Positions 1 to 10,588 of a stretch of 64,000 nucleotides of DNA are shown here, piece after piece. This DNA is from Phycisphaeraceae bacterium (GTDB lineage: Bacteria; Planctomycetota; Phycisphaerae; Phycisphaerales; Phycisphaeraceae). The stretch is taken from the NCBI GenBank assembly GCA_963674705.1, contig OY771506.1:3552001-3616000 (forward strand). Reading direction: 5' to 3'. The notes below the pieces were generated by a model, which was not told the origin of the DNA, made no database searches, and saw only the letters and a program-made list of their open reading frames with translations. Within the stretch, counting starts at the first letter, position 1, and each line of letters opens with the position of its first letter. Made by a program: the position numbers and the translations under genes.

Positions 1-3
1 CGC

Positions 4-879
4 GTGATGAAGGTACTCGCTCCGTACAAGATGGCGGCACGCGAGACGCGCGTCGGCGAAAAGACCAAGGTTGACATCGGAGCCGGTTGCGTTTTCGGTG
101 GTAAACACATTCCCGTGATCGCAGGGCCATGCAGCGTCGAAGATGAAGAAAAGATTCTGGTCGCGGCCCGTGCGGTGAAAGCGGCTGGGGCGCATGCACT
201 TCGTGGCGGGGCGTTCAAACCCAGGACCAATCCCTACGCTTTCCAGGGCCACGGCGAAGACGGCCTGAAGATGCTCGCCGCCGCCCGTGCGGAGACAGGC
301 TTGCCGATCGTCACCGAAGTGTTAACACCTAATGATGTGGATCTGGTCTCCGAATACGCCGACTGCCTACAGATCGGTACACGTAACGCCCAGAACTACA
401 AGCTGCTGGAAGCCTGTGGTAAGCAGCCTAAACCTGTTCTATACAAGCGTGGCATGGCAATGACGCTTGATGAATGGCTTCAGGCAGCCGAGTACATCCT
501 TGCTGAAGGCAATCCCAACGTCATCCTCTGTGAACGTGGCATCCGCACCTTCGAGGACCACACCCGTAACACGTTGAGCCTGTCGGTTGTGCCTGAACTG
601 CACTTCCGCACGCACCTGCCGATCGTGATCGACCCGTCTCACGGCACGGGGCACGCCCGGTTGGTTCCCGCGATGGCGCGTGCTGCCGTTGCTGCGGATT
701 GTGATGGTCTTGCGATCGAAATGCACCAAGATCCTGAGCACGCATTAACTGATGGCGCTCAATCGATCACACCTGAGGTGTTGACGGAGTTGATGGCCAG
801 CCTGCAGCGCGTGGCTGCAGCGGTTGACCGTGAATGCACCCCGGCAACGTCACGTGCTGCCGAGGCCGCAGCGCGATAG
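4..879 (+). CDS. aroF: 3-deoxy-7-phosphoheptulonate (DAHP) synthase, type I-beta; probably 5'-truncated by the window edge
   Basis: Motifs [40 protein letters not shown]. Confidence 0.93.
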   Translation: MMKVLAPYKMAARETRVGEKTKVDIGAGCVFGGKHIPVIAGPCSVEDEEKILVAARAVKAAGAHALRGGAFKPRTNPYAFQGHGEDGLKMLAAARAETGLPIVTEVLTPNDVDLVSEYADCLQIGTRNAQNYKLLEACGKQPKPVLYKRGMAMTLDEWLQAAEYILAEGNPNVILCERGIRTFEDHTRNTLSLSVVPELHFRTHLPIVIDPSHGTGHARLVPAMARAAVAADCDGLAIEMHQDPEHALTDGAQSITPEVLTELMASLQRVAAAVDRECTPATSRAAEAAAR

Positions 880-888
880 TATGGAGGC

Positions 889-2043
889 ATGAGTAACAAC
901 ATTATCCGTCTTGGGGCCGGCGATTTTGACGAGGCCATGGACTTCCTGAACATGGTCTTCAGTGAACATTCACCGCATGACTTTGCCAGGATGCTTTCGA
1001 GCATCTATCAGCCGACGAACGAGCTGATGCGGTGCAACTATGCTGTACGCGACGGCGACAGGCTCGGGGCTGTCGTGGGCGTGTTTCCGATCAACTGGCG
1101 TGTCGGCGATGTTACGCTACGCGTCGCTGGTGTTGGGGGTGTTTCGGTCCATCCGCAAAGCCGTGGCAAAGGTTACATGAAACTCCTGATGGATCACGCC
1201 GTGCAAGAGATGCGTCGGGAGGGGTACGACTTGTCGTACCTCGGCGGCCGACGTCAGCGCTATGCTTACTTCGGCTACGAGGTGGCTGGCACAGCGGTGC
1301 GGATCAACTTCGGCAAGGACAATGTGAGGCACGCCCTGCCTGCAAGTGACCAACCCGTGACGTTTGAGCCGTTAGGTGATTCGCCTGATTGCAATGAGTT
1401 ACTCAAGGCAATGCATGACGCTAGATCAGCGTACTGTGAGCGGCCGGTTGCGACGTTCGATCGTTACCTGCGTAGCTGGAGTTGTGTTCCAACACTGATC
1501 AGAGATGGAGCCGGAGATATCGTTGGCTACTTCTGCGCCCAGCACACCGACCCAGTCATCAATGAATTTATCGCCAAGGATACCCACGTAGCCACGGAAG
1601 CCGTCCGAACATGGATCGAGGGCGGCAAGGATAAGCTGACCATCATCATGCAGAAGCCGGCTGATGCGATCATGCGTCAATTGCATAGCTTCGCTGAGAC
1701 GGTCCACCTCTATCACGAGGGGAACTACCAGGTTTTTGACTGGGTTAAAGTGTTGGATGCGTTGTTGAGGTTGAAGCACGCAAACGAGCCGTTGATCGAT
1801 GGGACGGTCGTGATCCGTATCGAAGATGCAGGCGTTGTTTTAAAGTTAACAGTTGAAGGTGATACCGCGATATGTGAAGCGAGCGACCAAACGCCGGACA
1901 TCAGTTTTGATGCATTGACAGCGGTGCGAGTGTTATTCAATCTGGCTGGGCCGACATCTGTGTTGGATATTTCTAAGAAAGCGTCCGCGTTGGCAGCCTG
2001 GTGCCCGCTGCCGATGGGTTTCTCTTTGCAGGATCACGTGTAG
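889..2043 (+). CDS. GNAT acetyltransferase, Eis-like, with C-terminal SCP2-like region
   Basis: VGGVSVHPQSRGKGYM acetyl-CoA motif, YAYFGYE, ~380 aa; RBS GGAGG. Confidence 0.8.
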   Translation: MSNNIIRLGAGDFDEAMDFLNMVFSEHSPHDFARMLSSIYQPTNELMRCNYAVRDGDRLGAVVGVFPINWRVGDVTLRVAGVGGVSVHPQSRGKGYMKLLMDHAVQEMRREGYDLSYLGGRRQRYAYFGYEVAGTAVRINFGKDNVRHALPASDQPVTFEPLGDSPDCNELLKAMHDARSAYCERPVATFDRYLRSWSCVPTLIRDGAGDIVGYFCAQHTDPVINEFIAKDTHVATEAVRTWIEGGKDKLTIIMQKPADAIMRQLHSFAETVHLYHEGNYQVFDWVKVLDALLRLKHANEPLIDGTVVIRIEDAGVVLKLTVEGDTAICEASDQTPDISFDALTAVRVLFNLAGPTSVLDISKKASALAAWCPLPMGFSLQDHV

Positions 2044-2150
2044 GATCAGCCACAAAAAGTCACAGAAGGGCCGTTCAATTGAAAGTCGGGAGCCATTTTG
2101 TGCCTTCTGTGTCTTATCGTGGCTAAAGAATGATTTTCAGTTGAAACAAA

Positions 2151-3077
2151 TCAAACTGCAAGAACGATATCCAGTATCCCTGCCGCGCCAAGCAACAGAC
2201 TGATGATGCCGTTGACTGTCAGGAAGGCGATGTGAATGTGATGGGTGGACGACCGCCAGACAATCGTCTGCTCGAGTGTGAGTAGAGCAGCGGACAGGAA
2301 CGCTGCAATTTGAAAACCGATGCCGAGTAGTGGATTGTGGTAGCTGAGTGTGATCAGCAGTGTTGCAGAGATCACGTGCAGAAGCCTGCTGATCCACAAC
2401 GCTCGATTAACACCAAGCCGAGACGGCATCGAGAACAGGCCCATCGATTCATCGTGTTCGATATCCTGTAGCGCATAGATCACATCAAATCCGCCGACCC
2501 AGCACGTGACCACGCCCGCCAACAGCCAGGGGGATGATTGACCGAGATACCCCGGCTCGATCGCGATCGTTGCTGCAATCGGGCTTAGAGCAAGTGCGGA
2601 ACCCAGATATACATGGCACAGCCAGGTGAAGCGTTTGGTATAGCTGTACCCCGCAAGATATGTCAGCACGACAGGTGACAGCAGGATCGGCCAGAAGTTG
2701 TCACGCCATAGCCAGAACCCACCGGCACACACGATCAACAACAAGGCACAAACGCCGGCGGTCGTTTTTACAAATCGTGCATCAAGTCGACCGCTTGGTA
2801 TCGCGCGCCCGGCGGTGCGTGGGTTGGTGGCATCTAAATTGGCATCCGCCAGACGGTTGATGGTCATCGCAAACGTACGAGCGAAAACCATGCACAACAC
2901 GATGAGCAAAAACTCGTCGATACCCGGAAGTCGGCCGGCCCAACCGGCGGATAAGAAAGTCGCCAACAGCGCAAATGGCATCGCAAAAACCGTATGGCTC
3001 AGCTTGATGTCCCTTGCAACATGCGCAAGCTTGCTCGGAACGCCTTGGACAGCCTGGTCTGTCATCGCGCTACTCAC
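2151..3077 (-). CDS. UbiA-family polyprenyltransferase (MqnP-like); likely start at 3065
   Basis: IKLSHTVFAMPFA, NRLADANLDATNPRTAGRAIP, YSYTKRFT, FDVIYALQD. Confidence 0.9.
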   Translation of the reverse strand: MSSAMTDQAVQGVPSKLAHVARDIKLSHTVFAMPFALLATFLSAGWAGRLPGIDEFLLIVLCMVFARTFAMTINRLADANLDATNPRTAGRAIPSGRLDARFVKTTAGVCALLLIVCAGGFWLWRDNFWPILLSPVVLTYLAGYSYTKRFTWLCHVYLGSALALSPIAATIAIEPGYLGQSSPWLLAGVVTCWVGGFDVIYALQDIEHDESMGLFSMPSRLGVNRALWISRLLHVISATLLITLSYHNPLLGIGFQIAAFLSAALLTLEQTIVWRSSTHHIHIAFLTVNGIISLLLGAAGILDIVLAV

Positions 3078-3736
3078 GATGTCTCGGCCCCTCGTTTTGC
3101 TTTGTCCTCTGTCAGCTTCTTCTGCGCCCAGCGAATGTCTAGCTCATGTTGTACATTCAAGAGGTCCAGGCATCTACCAACTACAAAGTCGACAAGAGCC
3201 TCAACCGTCTGGGGCAGCATGTAAAAGCCCGGGCTGGCTGGGGCAATGATTCCGCCCGCTTCGGTGACCGCCTGCATGTTCTTGATATCAACCAGAGATA
3301 AAGGCATCTCACGATGTACGAGCACCAGCCGACGCCGTTCTTTGAGTGTGACATGGGCTGCACGGTGCAGCAGGTTCTGTGCTGAACCATTGGCGACGCA
3401 ACTGAGGGTATTGGATGAACAGGGGACCACAATCATCCCATCATGCTGAAAAGAGCCCGATGCGATCGTCGCACCGACGTCACGGTAATTATGCAGGATC
3501 AGATGCTCGGGGAGATCGGCTTTAGAAGTCAGGCCGGCTAGCTCGGGTAAATCTACGCCTTCCATGCCGAGTTCATCATGTAATAATCTCTGGCCCAATG
3601 GTGACACGACCAGGTGCGTCTCGATGTTGGCGGCTATGAGCTGCTGGATAAGCCTCTGTGCATAGATCGCACCGCTGGCACCGCTGATCCCGACGATGAT
3701 TCTTCTGTGCTGGTGGCTCAAGTTACCGCTCCTCAT
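3074..3736 (-). CDS. ubiX: flavin prenyltransferase UbiX
   Basis: GISGASGAIY, IASGSF, PCSSNTL, RAAHVTLKERR, REMPLS, PASPGFY. Confidence 0.93.
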   Translation of the reverse strand: MRSGNLSHQHRRIIVGISGASGAIYAQRLIQQLIAANIETHLVVSPLGQRLLHDELGMEGVDLPELAGLTSKADLPEHLILHNYRDVGATIASGSFQHDGMIVVPCSSNTLSCVANGSAQNLLHRAAHVTLKERRRLVLVHREMPLSLVDIKNMQAVTEAGGIIAPASPGFYMLPQTVEALVDFVVGRCLDLLNVQHELDIRWAQKKLTEDKAKRGAETS

Positions 3737-3789
3737 TAGTCAAGCATGGTAGGCCGCAGAGTCGATTAAGTCATCTTTAGCCTGACCTT

Positions 3790-4560
3790 TCATTCGGTAG
3801 GTTCTGCTTGGATGATAAGCGATACGCTGTCGTCGTCGACCTGCATCCCGATGATCCTGGCCTGACGTGCGCCATCGATCGGCAGGATCGGATCGAATGC
3901 CTCTTGGCCCAGCAGCACTGCGATCGTGTGTGATGGCTTTGCATCATTATCGCTTCCACCCGGCAATTGCTCGATGACGGTCTCGGTTGGCAAAGGCAAA
4001 CGCCCGCCACGGATACCGTCTACGTGCAGCTTCGCCTGGCCGTTCTCAAGGAATTCAAGCGACAGTAACACGCTGAAGACCTGGTCGATCTCGTTGTGCT
4101 TGTAACGGAACACGGCCACAAGTGAGTCACCACTGGAGGTTAACATCGGTCCGCTGACACCCGGCGGCAACTCCCTTTTCTGATTGATCAACCAGTCGTT
4201 CAGCCGCGTCGCCAACCAGGCGTTTGCCTCTTGGAAGTCCAGATGGATAGTACGAACGCCAAGTGTTTTATCGCTCCCGCTGTTGCCTTGGTACCCGCTC
4301 GAATTCGACAGTTCACTCATGACGCGGTTAAACGCGCGATCCGCCATATTGGTTAATTGTGCTTGACTCGTCTGAGTGGTAAACGATTGGTTATTCGTCC
4401 AGTATGTCGGCTCACTTCGCCAGAGATGCCTGCCGTACAGGAATAAACCGAGTGCTAGTAGGCCAATAGTGAAAAGCACAACAGCCGCGCAGCCGAGTCG
4501 CTTTTTCCAGCGGCCCTTGGGTCTGGTCTGTAAAACAGGACGCATCATGGATTCATTCAT
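3790..4560 (-). CDS. hypothetical membrane-anchored protein
   Basis: Long ORF with basic N-terminus and one TM helix; start trimmed to avoid overlap with the upstream gene. Confidence 0.7.
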   Translation of the reverse strand: MNESMMRPVLQTRPKGRWKKRLGCAAVVLFTIGLLALGLFLYGRHLWRSEPTYWTNNQSFTTQTSQAQLTNMADRAFNRVMSELSNSSGYQGNSGSDKTLGVRTIHLDFQEANAWLATRLNDWLINQKRELPPGVSGPMLTSSGDSLVAVFRYKHNEIDQVFSVLLSLEFLENGQAKLHVDGIRGGRLPLPTETVIEQLPGGSDNDAKPSHTIAVLLGQEAFDPILPIDGARQARIIGMQVDDDSVSLIIQAEPTE

Positions 4561-4579
4561 GGAACAACAAAACCTGTCA

Positions 4580-5218
4580 TTAACGTATTGAGCGTGCGGC
4601 TTTCGCCAGTCGTTGATGCATCTTCTCGTGGTCGGTAAATACCGCAAGTCTTGATTCCAAGGCTTCGAATAGCTCGTTACCGGTCAAGGTCTCGTCGACC
4701 TGCGCCAAAGCTGCGTCACCCAGTTGTTCCGTAGCGTCGATAAACCACTGGGCCGGGTCTTGGTCGGCAGCGGGGGGGTTGGTCGTGCAACTCACATCCG
4801 GGCCGACGAAAGACTTGAACGTCCAGGTTGATTCATCTTGCTTGTTATCAACAAACAGGACCTCAATGAACTTTTTCGCCAGCCGGGCATGTTCTTGTAT
4901 GGAGCGAGCATCGACTGCGGTATGCGGGTGCGAAAGTACAAGGCAGCCGGCTTGTTGTTCGTCTAACCAGTTGTAAGGATCGAAACCGGCATCACCGCTG
5001 CCAATCTGGATATCACCCGCCGTCGCAGTGATCCGACGTTGTCGACGTGCTTCCTGAAGCGGCAACAGAATCCGCGCGTAGTATCCGAATTGCCCGGCCT
5101 CCCTCGCCAAAGCTAACGCCTTAAGGCACTGCGACTCGCACTCCAGGTAATCCATTTTCGCCAGCGCCTGGCTGGCCTGTTCCATGATCGTATTCAGTTG
5201 TTCAAGCATGGCCGTCAT
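4580..5218 (-). CDS. hypothetical protein
   Basis: 212-aa ORF co-directional within the operon. Confidence 0.7.
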   Translation of the reverse strand: MTAMLEQLNTIMEQASQALAKMDYLECESQCLKALALAREAGQFGYYARILLPLQEARRQRRITATAGDIQIGSGDAGFDPYNWLDEQQAGCLVLSHPHTAVDARSIQEHARLAKKFIEVLFVDNKQDESTWTFKSFVGPDVSCTTNPPAADQDPAQWFIDATEQLGDAALAQVDETLTGNELFEALESRLAVFTDHEKMHQRLAKAARSIR

Positions 5219-5252
5219 ATCAGGATTGTAACCGTTAGGCAGTCGTGCGGAA

Positions 5253-6239
5253 TCAACTCAGCCACCAGATAATCACCGGTAGCGGCAAAAGTGCAAACAG
5301 TACGGTATTTACAAGCCAGAGCGTACTGGCCATCCGGCCGTCCAGGTGGAACAGGTTCGCGATCATCACACTCTGGATCGCCATCGGCATGAATGCCTCG
5401 ACCAGCACAACACGCTGCCCGAGATCCGCCAATGGGAACGGTGTCAGGTTCACCAGTGCCAGGATACCCAGCGAGAGGATGGGGATGCCCATGAACTTGA
5501 CCGCCGCCAGCACCGCATGCTCTTTGAGGTATCGCCGGATATCGCCCAGACGCAGGCGCAGGCCGATTCCGAAGTAGCCACCGAATCCACCCAGGTAGAA
5601 CAGGATTGTGATGATGTAGTACTTGTCGATGACTTCCGGGAATGGCACATTCATGTAAGCAAGGAAGCATCCGACGATCGCGCAGTGGACCATCAACGCT
5701 CGCATGTCGAAGAAACAGGTGACGATCAACCTGGTGACGGATTGGTCGCCTGTGTGCTGTTCGCCAAAGTGACGTGCAAGGGGATAGAGCGCAAGCACGC
5801 CGAACATTGCCATCAGATTCACCTGCGCAACCGCATAAGCCAAGGCTGCTTCGCTCTGGCCATCAGGACCGCCCAACAGCGTGTAGCAGAGATACGCACC
5901 AAGCGTGAAACCGAGATTGCCCAGCCCCGCGCTCGTCGCCACCACGCCTGTCTGTTTATCATCGCAGCCCATCCAGCGTGCGATCGGGATCACCGCGAAC
6001 GCAGGGATGATTACCAGTAAAGGCTCGATCGCGATCAGCCAGAGATTGGCACGTTCCGGCGGCAGACGCCAGATACTGAATAAAGCGACCCCGCCCCAGA
6101 TGATGCTGACCGTGACAAAGTGCAACGGCTTGGCAAGATGCTCCCCGACGAGGTTCTTGCGTCGTGCGCCGTATCCTGCTGCCAGGCATAGGGCGTTGAA
6201 CACGCAGAAAATAATGAACCGGATGGTTTGCGTATCCAT
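5253..6239 (-). CDS. AEC (auxin efflux carrier)-family membrane transporter
   Basis: About 10 TM segments; GNLGFTLG and VEAFMPMAI motifs. Confidence 0.75.
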   Translation of the reverse strand: MDTQTIRFIIFCVFNALCLAAGYGARRKNLVGEHLAKPLHFVTVSIIWGGVALFSIWRLPPERANLWLIAIEPLLVIIPAFAVIPIARWMGCDDKQTGVVATSAGLGNLGFTLGAYLCYTLLGGPDGQSEAALAYAVAQVNLMAMFGVLALYPLARHFGEQHTGDQSVTRLIVTCFFDMRALMVHCAIVGCFLAYMNVPFPEVIDKYYIITILFYLGGFGGYFGIGLRLRLGDIRRYLKEHAVLAAVKFMGIPILSLGILALVNLTPFPLADLGQRVVLVEAFMPMAIQSVMIANLFHLDGRMASTLWLVNTVLFALLPLPVIIWWLS

Positions 6240-6263
6240 GCGTGTCCCGTGATTTACTGAGGA

Positions 6264-7592
6264 TTATCCTACGAACGCCTTGTAAATCGCACGCATTGCT
6301 TTCTCGAAGTCGTCAGCATGCACGCCCACGATGATGTTCAGTTCGCTGGAGCCCTGGTCGATCATGCGGATGTTGATCCCCGCGCCCGCCAGCGCACCGA
6401 ATAGCTTGGCCGCCATACCCGGGATATACGACATACCCCGGCCGACCGTTGCGATCAACGCCATCTCAGGCATGACATCCAACGAATCCGGCTTAACCTC
6501 GACCTTTAAGCCTTCCAATAAGTCGTCCAGCTTGTCGCCCAGTTGACTATCTGAAATCACCAGCGACATCGTGTCGATACCCGAGGGCAGGTGCTCGAAA
6601 CTCACCTGGTTATCTTCCAGTACGCTCAGGACACGTCGGCCGAAGCCGATCTCTGCGTTCATCATCGTCTTTTCGATCGCGATGACGGTGAAGTCCTTGC
6701 GGCCGGCGATGCCTGTGATTTTCCCGGAGACGTCCGCCGACCCATCTCCCGGAACGATCATCGTGCCGGCATCATCGGGACGATTCGTGTTGCGTATATT
6801 CACCGGGATACCGGCATGACGCACGGGGAAGACCGCCTCGTCATGCAGGACTGTTGCACCCATGTACGCAAGCTCGCGGAGTTCGCGGTAGGTCAGCGTA
6901 TCGATCGTATTGGGATTATCGATAATCCGGGGGTCCGCCATCAGCAGGCCGGAAACATCGGTCCAGTTCTCATAAAGGTCGGCGCCGACACCACGGGCTA
7001 TGATCGCGCCTGTGATATCCGAACCACCCCGGCTGAATGTCTTGACATTTCCCTCCGGCGTGCTGCCATAGAATCCGGGGACCACCGCACGCTCTACCCC
7101 CTTGAGCTTTTCTGCGATTGCCGCGTAGGTCTTCTCTTCATCGAGCCGGCCACGCTGGTTGAAAAAGATCAACTCCGCGGCATCGAAGAATGTGGCATCG
7201 AAGTATTCAGCCAGGATAAGACCATTCAGGTATTCCCCTCGGCTGGCGGCATAGTCAGGACTACCACCCTCGGCCGCGATCCTGGCGATGTCATTCTTTA
7301 CCTGTTCCATGTGGGGTGGCAGCCCCGGGTCCACCCCCAGGTCCGAAGCGATCTGGTTATACCGATCCGCGATGAGCTTGAAGACCTCATCGAACTTCAG
7401 CCCCTGCTTGGCGTGCTCGTGGCAGAGATACAGCAGGTCGGTGATCTTCTGGTCATCTTTCGAGCGTTTGCCGGGGGCCGAGGGCACGATAAAACGCCGG
7501 CTCGGGTCGGCCTGGATGATCGACTGGACTTTCCGGATCTGGTCGGCGTCTGCCACCGATGATCCACCGAATTTACTGGCTTTAATCTGCAT
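6264..7592 (-). CDS. lysC: aspartate kinase
   Basis: KFGGSS, VPSAPG, SRGGSD, WTDVSG, LRELAYMGATVLH; two ACT domains. Confidence 0.95.
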   Translation of the reverse strand: MQIKASKFGGSSVADADQIRKVQSIIQADPSRRFIVPSAPGKRSKDDQKITDLLYLCHEHAKQGLKFDEVFKLIADRYNQIASDLGVDPGLPPHMEQVKNDIARIAAEGGSPDYAASRGEYLNGLILAEYFDATFFDAAELIFFNQRGRLDEEKTYAAIAEKLKGVERAVVPGFYGSTPEGNVKTFSRGGSDITGAIIARGVGADLYENWTDVSGLLMADPRIIDNPNTIDTLTYRELRELAYMGATVLHDEAVFPVRHAGIPVNIRNTNRPDDAGTMIVPGDGSADVSGKITGIAGRKDFTVIAIEKTMMNAEIGFGRRVLSVLEDNQVSFEHLPSGIDTMSLVISDSQLGDKLDDLLEGLKVEVKPDSLDVMPEMALIATVGRGMSYIPGMAAKLFGALAGAGINIRMIDQGSSELNIIVGVHADDFEKAMRAIYKAFVG

Positions 7593-7708
7593 GATGAGTC
7601 CTAACCGGGGGCTTGCCCATAAGAGCGGGGGATTGTACCGGTTCCGGGCGTCTTGGGCACATCAGTACGGCTACGATCGACCGCTTGCGACGTCTCAAAG
7701 AGCGGCAC

Positions 7709-7736
7709 TCGACAAGGGCGCATTCCTCCCTATACT
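7709..7736 (+). promoter_or_regulatory. putative sigma70 promoter of the tRNA
   Basis: TCGACA-N16-TATACT, 14 bp upstream of the tRNA. Confidence 0.55.
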
Positions 7737-7750
7737 GTCTGACTCACCCA

Positions 7751-7836
7751 GCCCGGGTGGCGGAACTGGCAGACGCGCCGCGTTGAGGTCGCGGTGGAGG
7801 TAAAACTCCTTGGAGGTTCGAATCCTCTCCCGGGCA
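7751..7836 (+). tRNA. tRNA-Leu (anticodon GAG); no encoded CCA
   Basis: Acceptor GCCCGGG/CCCGGGC-A; D-arm GGCGGAACTGGCAGACGC; anticodon stem CCGCG-TTGAGGT-CGCGG; long variable arm; GGAGG-TTCGAAT-CCTCT. Confidence 0.96.
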
Positions 7837-7838
7837 TC

Positions 7839-7863
7839 GGCTCCCAAATCGGGAGCCTTTTTT
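7839..7863 (+). terminator. intrinsic terminator after the tRNA
   Basis: GGCTCCC-aaatc-GGGAGCC followed by a T-run. Confidence 0.8.
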
Positions 7864-8014
7864 ATGCGCATAAATCACTGTATTTACCGTTAATTACGCA
7901 AAATTGAGTCTGACACTTTTTTGACAGGAATACGCGCTTTTCTTGACTGACAGCAATTTGACAGTTATTCTTTGTGCTCGCATAACACCCCCCTGTCTAT
8001 AAGGAGTCGGGCAC

Positions 8015-9400
8015 ATGGCACGCACAATCAAATCAGGCAAAGAGCTGAGCTGGCACAAGGGCACCAAACGCTGGTACAAGACTCACAATGGCAAGCCATA
8101 CTACTTTGGCTCAGGTACCAGTGAACGTGACAGACGCAGCTATGAGGTTGCAGTCAGAAAGTATCATGCATGGCTAGATGAGCGTGAAAAAACAGAGAAG
8201 GCAGCCGGGGTGATACAGCTTATACCTGAGCTCATGCAGCTGCTGCGTCAAGTGGAGTACGGCAAGCAACCTGTGGCAGCTCTCGAGCAGCCCAGGTACG
8301 GGAATCTGGGCAAAATCGTGGCTAAAGATATTCGTGACAAGTGGCGTATTGATGACAAGGGCTACACCACCTTAGAGGGTATCGAGTTTGGCCCACTCTC
8401 AATGCAGCCACTTATTGATGCCGCACTCGGTGAGGTAGAGGCAGCTGGCCCTGCTACCCAGGCAGACAAGCCAGGCAAGAAGCGCAGCAACATAAACGGA
8501 CACATAGAAGCGTGGCTGGCTGAAGAGCAGACCAGGGTAGATGCTGGCCAGCTGACTGCTACAGCCCAGAGGGACAAGACAAACGGCATAGCTACGCTGC
8601 GTGAGTTTTGCGGTACACAGAGCTTTGGCAAGCCTGAAGACGTAGACCAGCTATGCCTGGACTACAGGCAGTGGCTGATGAGAAAAGTAGCGGCAGGCGA
8701 CTACTCAGCCAACACTGTGAACGACAAAACTAAGTTTGCAGGTCAGTTTATTGAGTATTGCTGGCAGCGAGCTGTAATCAAGCAGCTGCCACGCACACTA
8801 AAAGAGTTACGTAAGAAGCTACACACAGAAAAGAAGGGTAAGCCAATCAAACTTACAGACCTACACAAGATATGGCATGCCGCTGGCCCACGCATGAAGT
8901 GCTTTATAGCTATTGGCCTAAATGGAGGCATGAAAAATGGCGACATCTCAGCGCTCAAGGGCAGTAACCTGCAGGGTGATAGGCTGGTGGGCAAGCGCGA
9001 GAAGACTAAGAAGAGTAATGTACCCTACAACTATAAGCTATGGCCCCTTACGCAGAAGCTTATCAAAGACCAGCGTGACAGGACTGGTGACGATGAGCTG
9101 CTATTTGTGAACAAAAAAGGCGGGCGTATCACCACAGATAGCTTTAGCCGTTTGTTTAAGAGGGTGGCCAACAAAGCAGGCGTAGAGGCTACATTTGAGC
9201 AGCTCAGAGATACAGCAGCTGAATACGTCAAGCAAGAGCTATTTAAGCAGGGTGGTGAGATGGGCCCGCTACAAATCTTCTTGGCCCACAAAGACAAGAG
9301 CACAGCCAAGTATTATGTGTCAGACGATGAGGCACATCTCGTGGTGCCTAAGCTGGATAAGATCGTGATGGGCATGCAGAAGACGTTTGGCCTAAAGTAA
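8015..9400 (+). CDS. tyrosine recombinase/integrase
   Basis: N-terminal arm-binding-like WYKTHNGKPYYFG; GLNGGMK..DI, REKT, LRDT, FLAH...YY; adjacent to a tRNA; RBS AAGGAG. Confidence 0.85.
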   Translation: MARTIKSGKELSWHKGTKRWYKTHNGKPYYFGSGTSERDRRSYEVAVRKYHAWLDEREKTEKAAGVIQLIPELMQLLRQVEYGKQPVAALEQPRYGNLGKIVAKDIRDKWRIDDKGYTTLEGIEFGPLSMQPLIDAALGEVEAAGPATQADKPGKKRSNINGHIEAWLAEEQTRVDAGQLTATAQRDKTNGIATLREFCGTQSFGKPEDVDQLCLDYRQWLMRKVAAGDYSANTVNDKTKFAGQFIEYCWQRAVIKQLPRTLKELRKKLHTEKKGKPIKLTDLHKIWHAAGPRMKCFIAIGLNGGMKNGDISALKGSNLQGDRLVGKREKTKKSNVPYNYKLWPLTQKLIKDQRDRTGDDELLFVNKKGGRITTDSFSRLFKRVANKAGVEATFEQLRDTAAEYVKQELFKQGGEMGPLQIFLAHKDKSTAKYYVSDDEAHLVVPKLDKIVMGMQKTFGLK

Positions 9401-9493
9401 CAACGCCCCCGCTAGCACAAGGCATGAGCGCTTCCGGGGGCGTGGTTACGTCGGTATTTTTAATCTGCCGCATTGGTGGTCAAGACGCGACCC

Positions 9494-10588
9494 CTATTCG
9501 CTATGCAGTTCACTGAACAGGTCGCTAGTAGCCGCGAGCTCGTCGTCGCCTTGGGTCTCGCGGTGGCTATTAAACGCTACGAGCTCGCCGTCGTCGTCGT
9601 CGGACCACGGCTTAACCACATACTCGGCGGGGGGCTTCCCGACAAGGGCGTCTTCGATGTCGCTGTATAGGTCGCCACCTGCGGTTAGGTCGTCGGGCTC
9701 GCCATACTTCATAACGACGTCGGCGTTATTGCGGGTGCCGGTGACGACGGATAGATAATAGGACGGGCTAAACGATCCGACATCATCACAATCAGGGTCG
9801 AGGTTATTAGCTATGTTGGCCTCGACTAGCGGCAGCATCGCGTCGATACACAGGCCTAATAGCTTTTTCTTACCACCACGCCTTAGCGGGGTGCCTTCCA
9901 TCCAGTTACGCAGCCTGCTATCGAGCCATTTCTCGGCTTCACCCTTAATATCGGCTTTGCCCTGAGGGGCGCTAGGCGCCGCGCTAACGGGCTCAGGCTT
10001 AGCGGGTTCTATCGGACTGGCTTTGCGCTCGAGGCGCAGCTTGACTGGCTCTAGGCGCTCTGAACGGATCGGACGCTTCCACCTAAACTGCTCGAGCAGA
10101 TCGAGGTCGGCAGGCTCGGGCGACTTCTTACCATAGACAGCCTTAAACGCTTTCCACAGGTCGGGATGATCTAGGCTATTGACTACATGCTTAACGAGCT
10201 CGGGATTCGTGAACCCGCCCCGGAAGATTACTCGGCCGTCATGCTTCTTACCGTCGACCTTGGTCCCGGTGTCGACCTGGCCGTCGCCGAGCATATATGT
10301 ATTCGAGGTCTGTTTGCCGTCGTCGGTGGCACAGCGGGTAACCGTTAACACCCCTAACCATTCCAGCTCATACAGGGCACGCCGGATAGTGCTAAGGCTT
10401 TTTCCGGTACGCTTGGCTATGTTTGCTTGCGTATACCAGCAACAGCTACCAGGGCGGGACAGCTCGAATAAGACGCTAACGTGTCGGGGGGCGAGTCGAT
10501 GGAAGATCGGGGCTAGCTCGGCCGGTAGGCTGGCATAGCCGGGGGAATACTTACGAGGCGGGGAGTCTTTACGGTCTTTCGATTTCAT
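9494..10588 (-). CDS. helix-turn-helix protein, phage/plasmid replication-initiator-like
   Basis: CWYTQANIAKRTGKSLSTIRRALYELEWLGVL...QTSNTY, typical of an HTH_36-like N-terminus. Confidence 0.6.
   Translation of the reverse strand: MKSKDRKDSPPRKYSPGYASLPAELAPIFHRLAPRHVSVLFELSRPGSCCWYTQANIAKRTGKSLSTIRRALYELEWLGVLTVTRCATDDGKQTSNTYMLGDGQVDTGTKVDGKKHDGRVIFRGGFTNPELVKHVVNSLDHPDLWKAFKAVYGKKSPEPADLDLLEQFRWKRPIRSERLEPVKLRLERKASPIEPAKPEPVSAAPSAPQGKADIKGEAEKWLDSRLRNWMEGTPLRRGGKKKLLGLCIDAMLPLVEANIANNLDPDCDDVGSFSPSYYLSVVTGTRNNADVVMKYGEPDDLTAGGDLYSDIEDALVGKPPAEYVVKPWSDDDDGELVAFNSHRETQGDDELAATSDLFSELHSE

Noticed and set aside
6591..7562. Long antisense ORFs (also 35573-36352, 55118-56095, 47139-47870)
   Set aside because: These are shadow frames of well-supported genes in GC-rich DNA.
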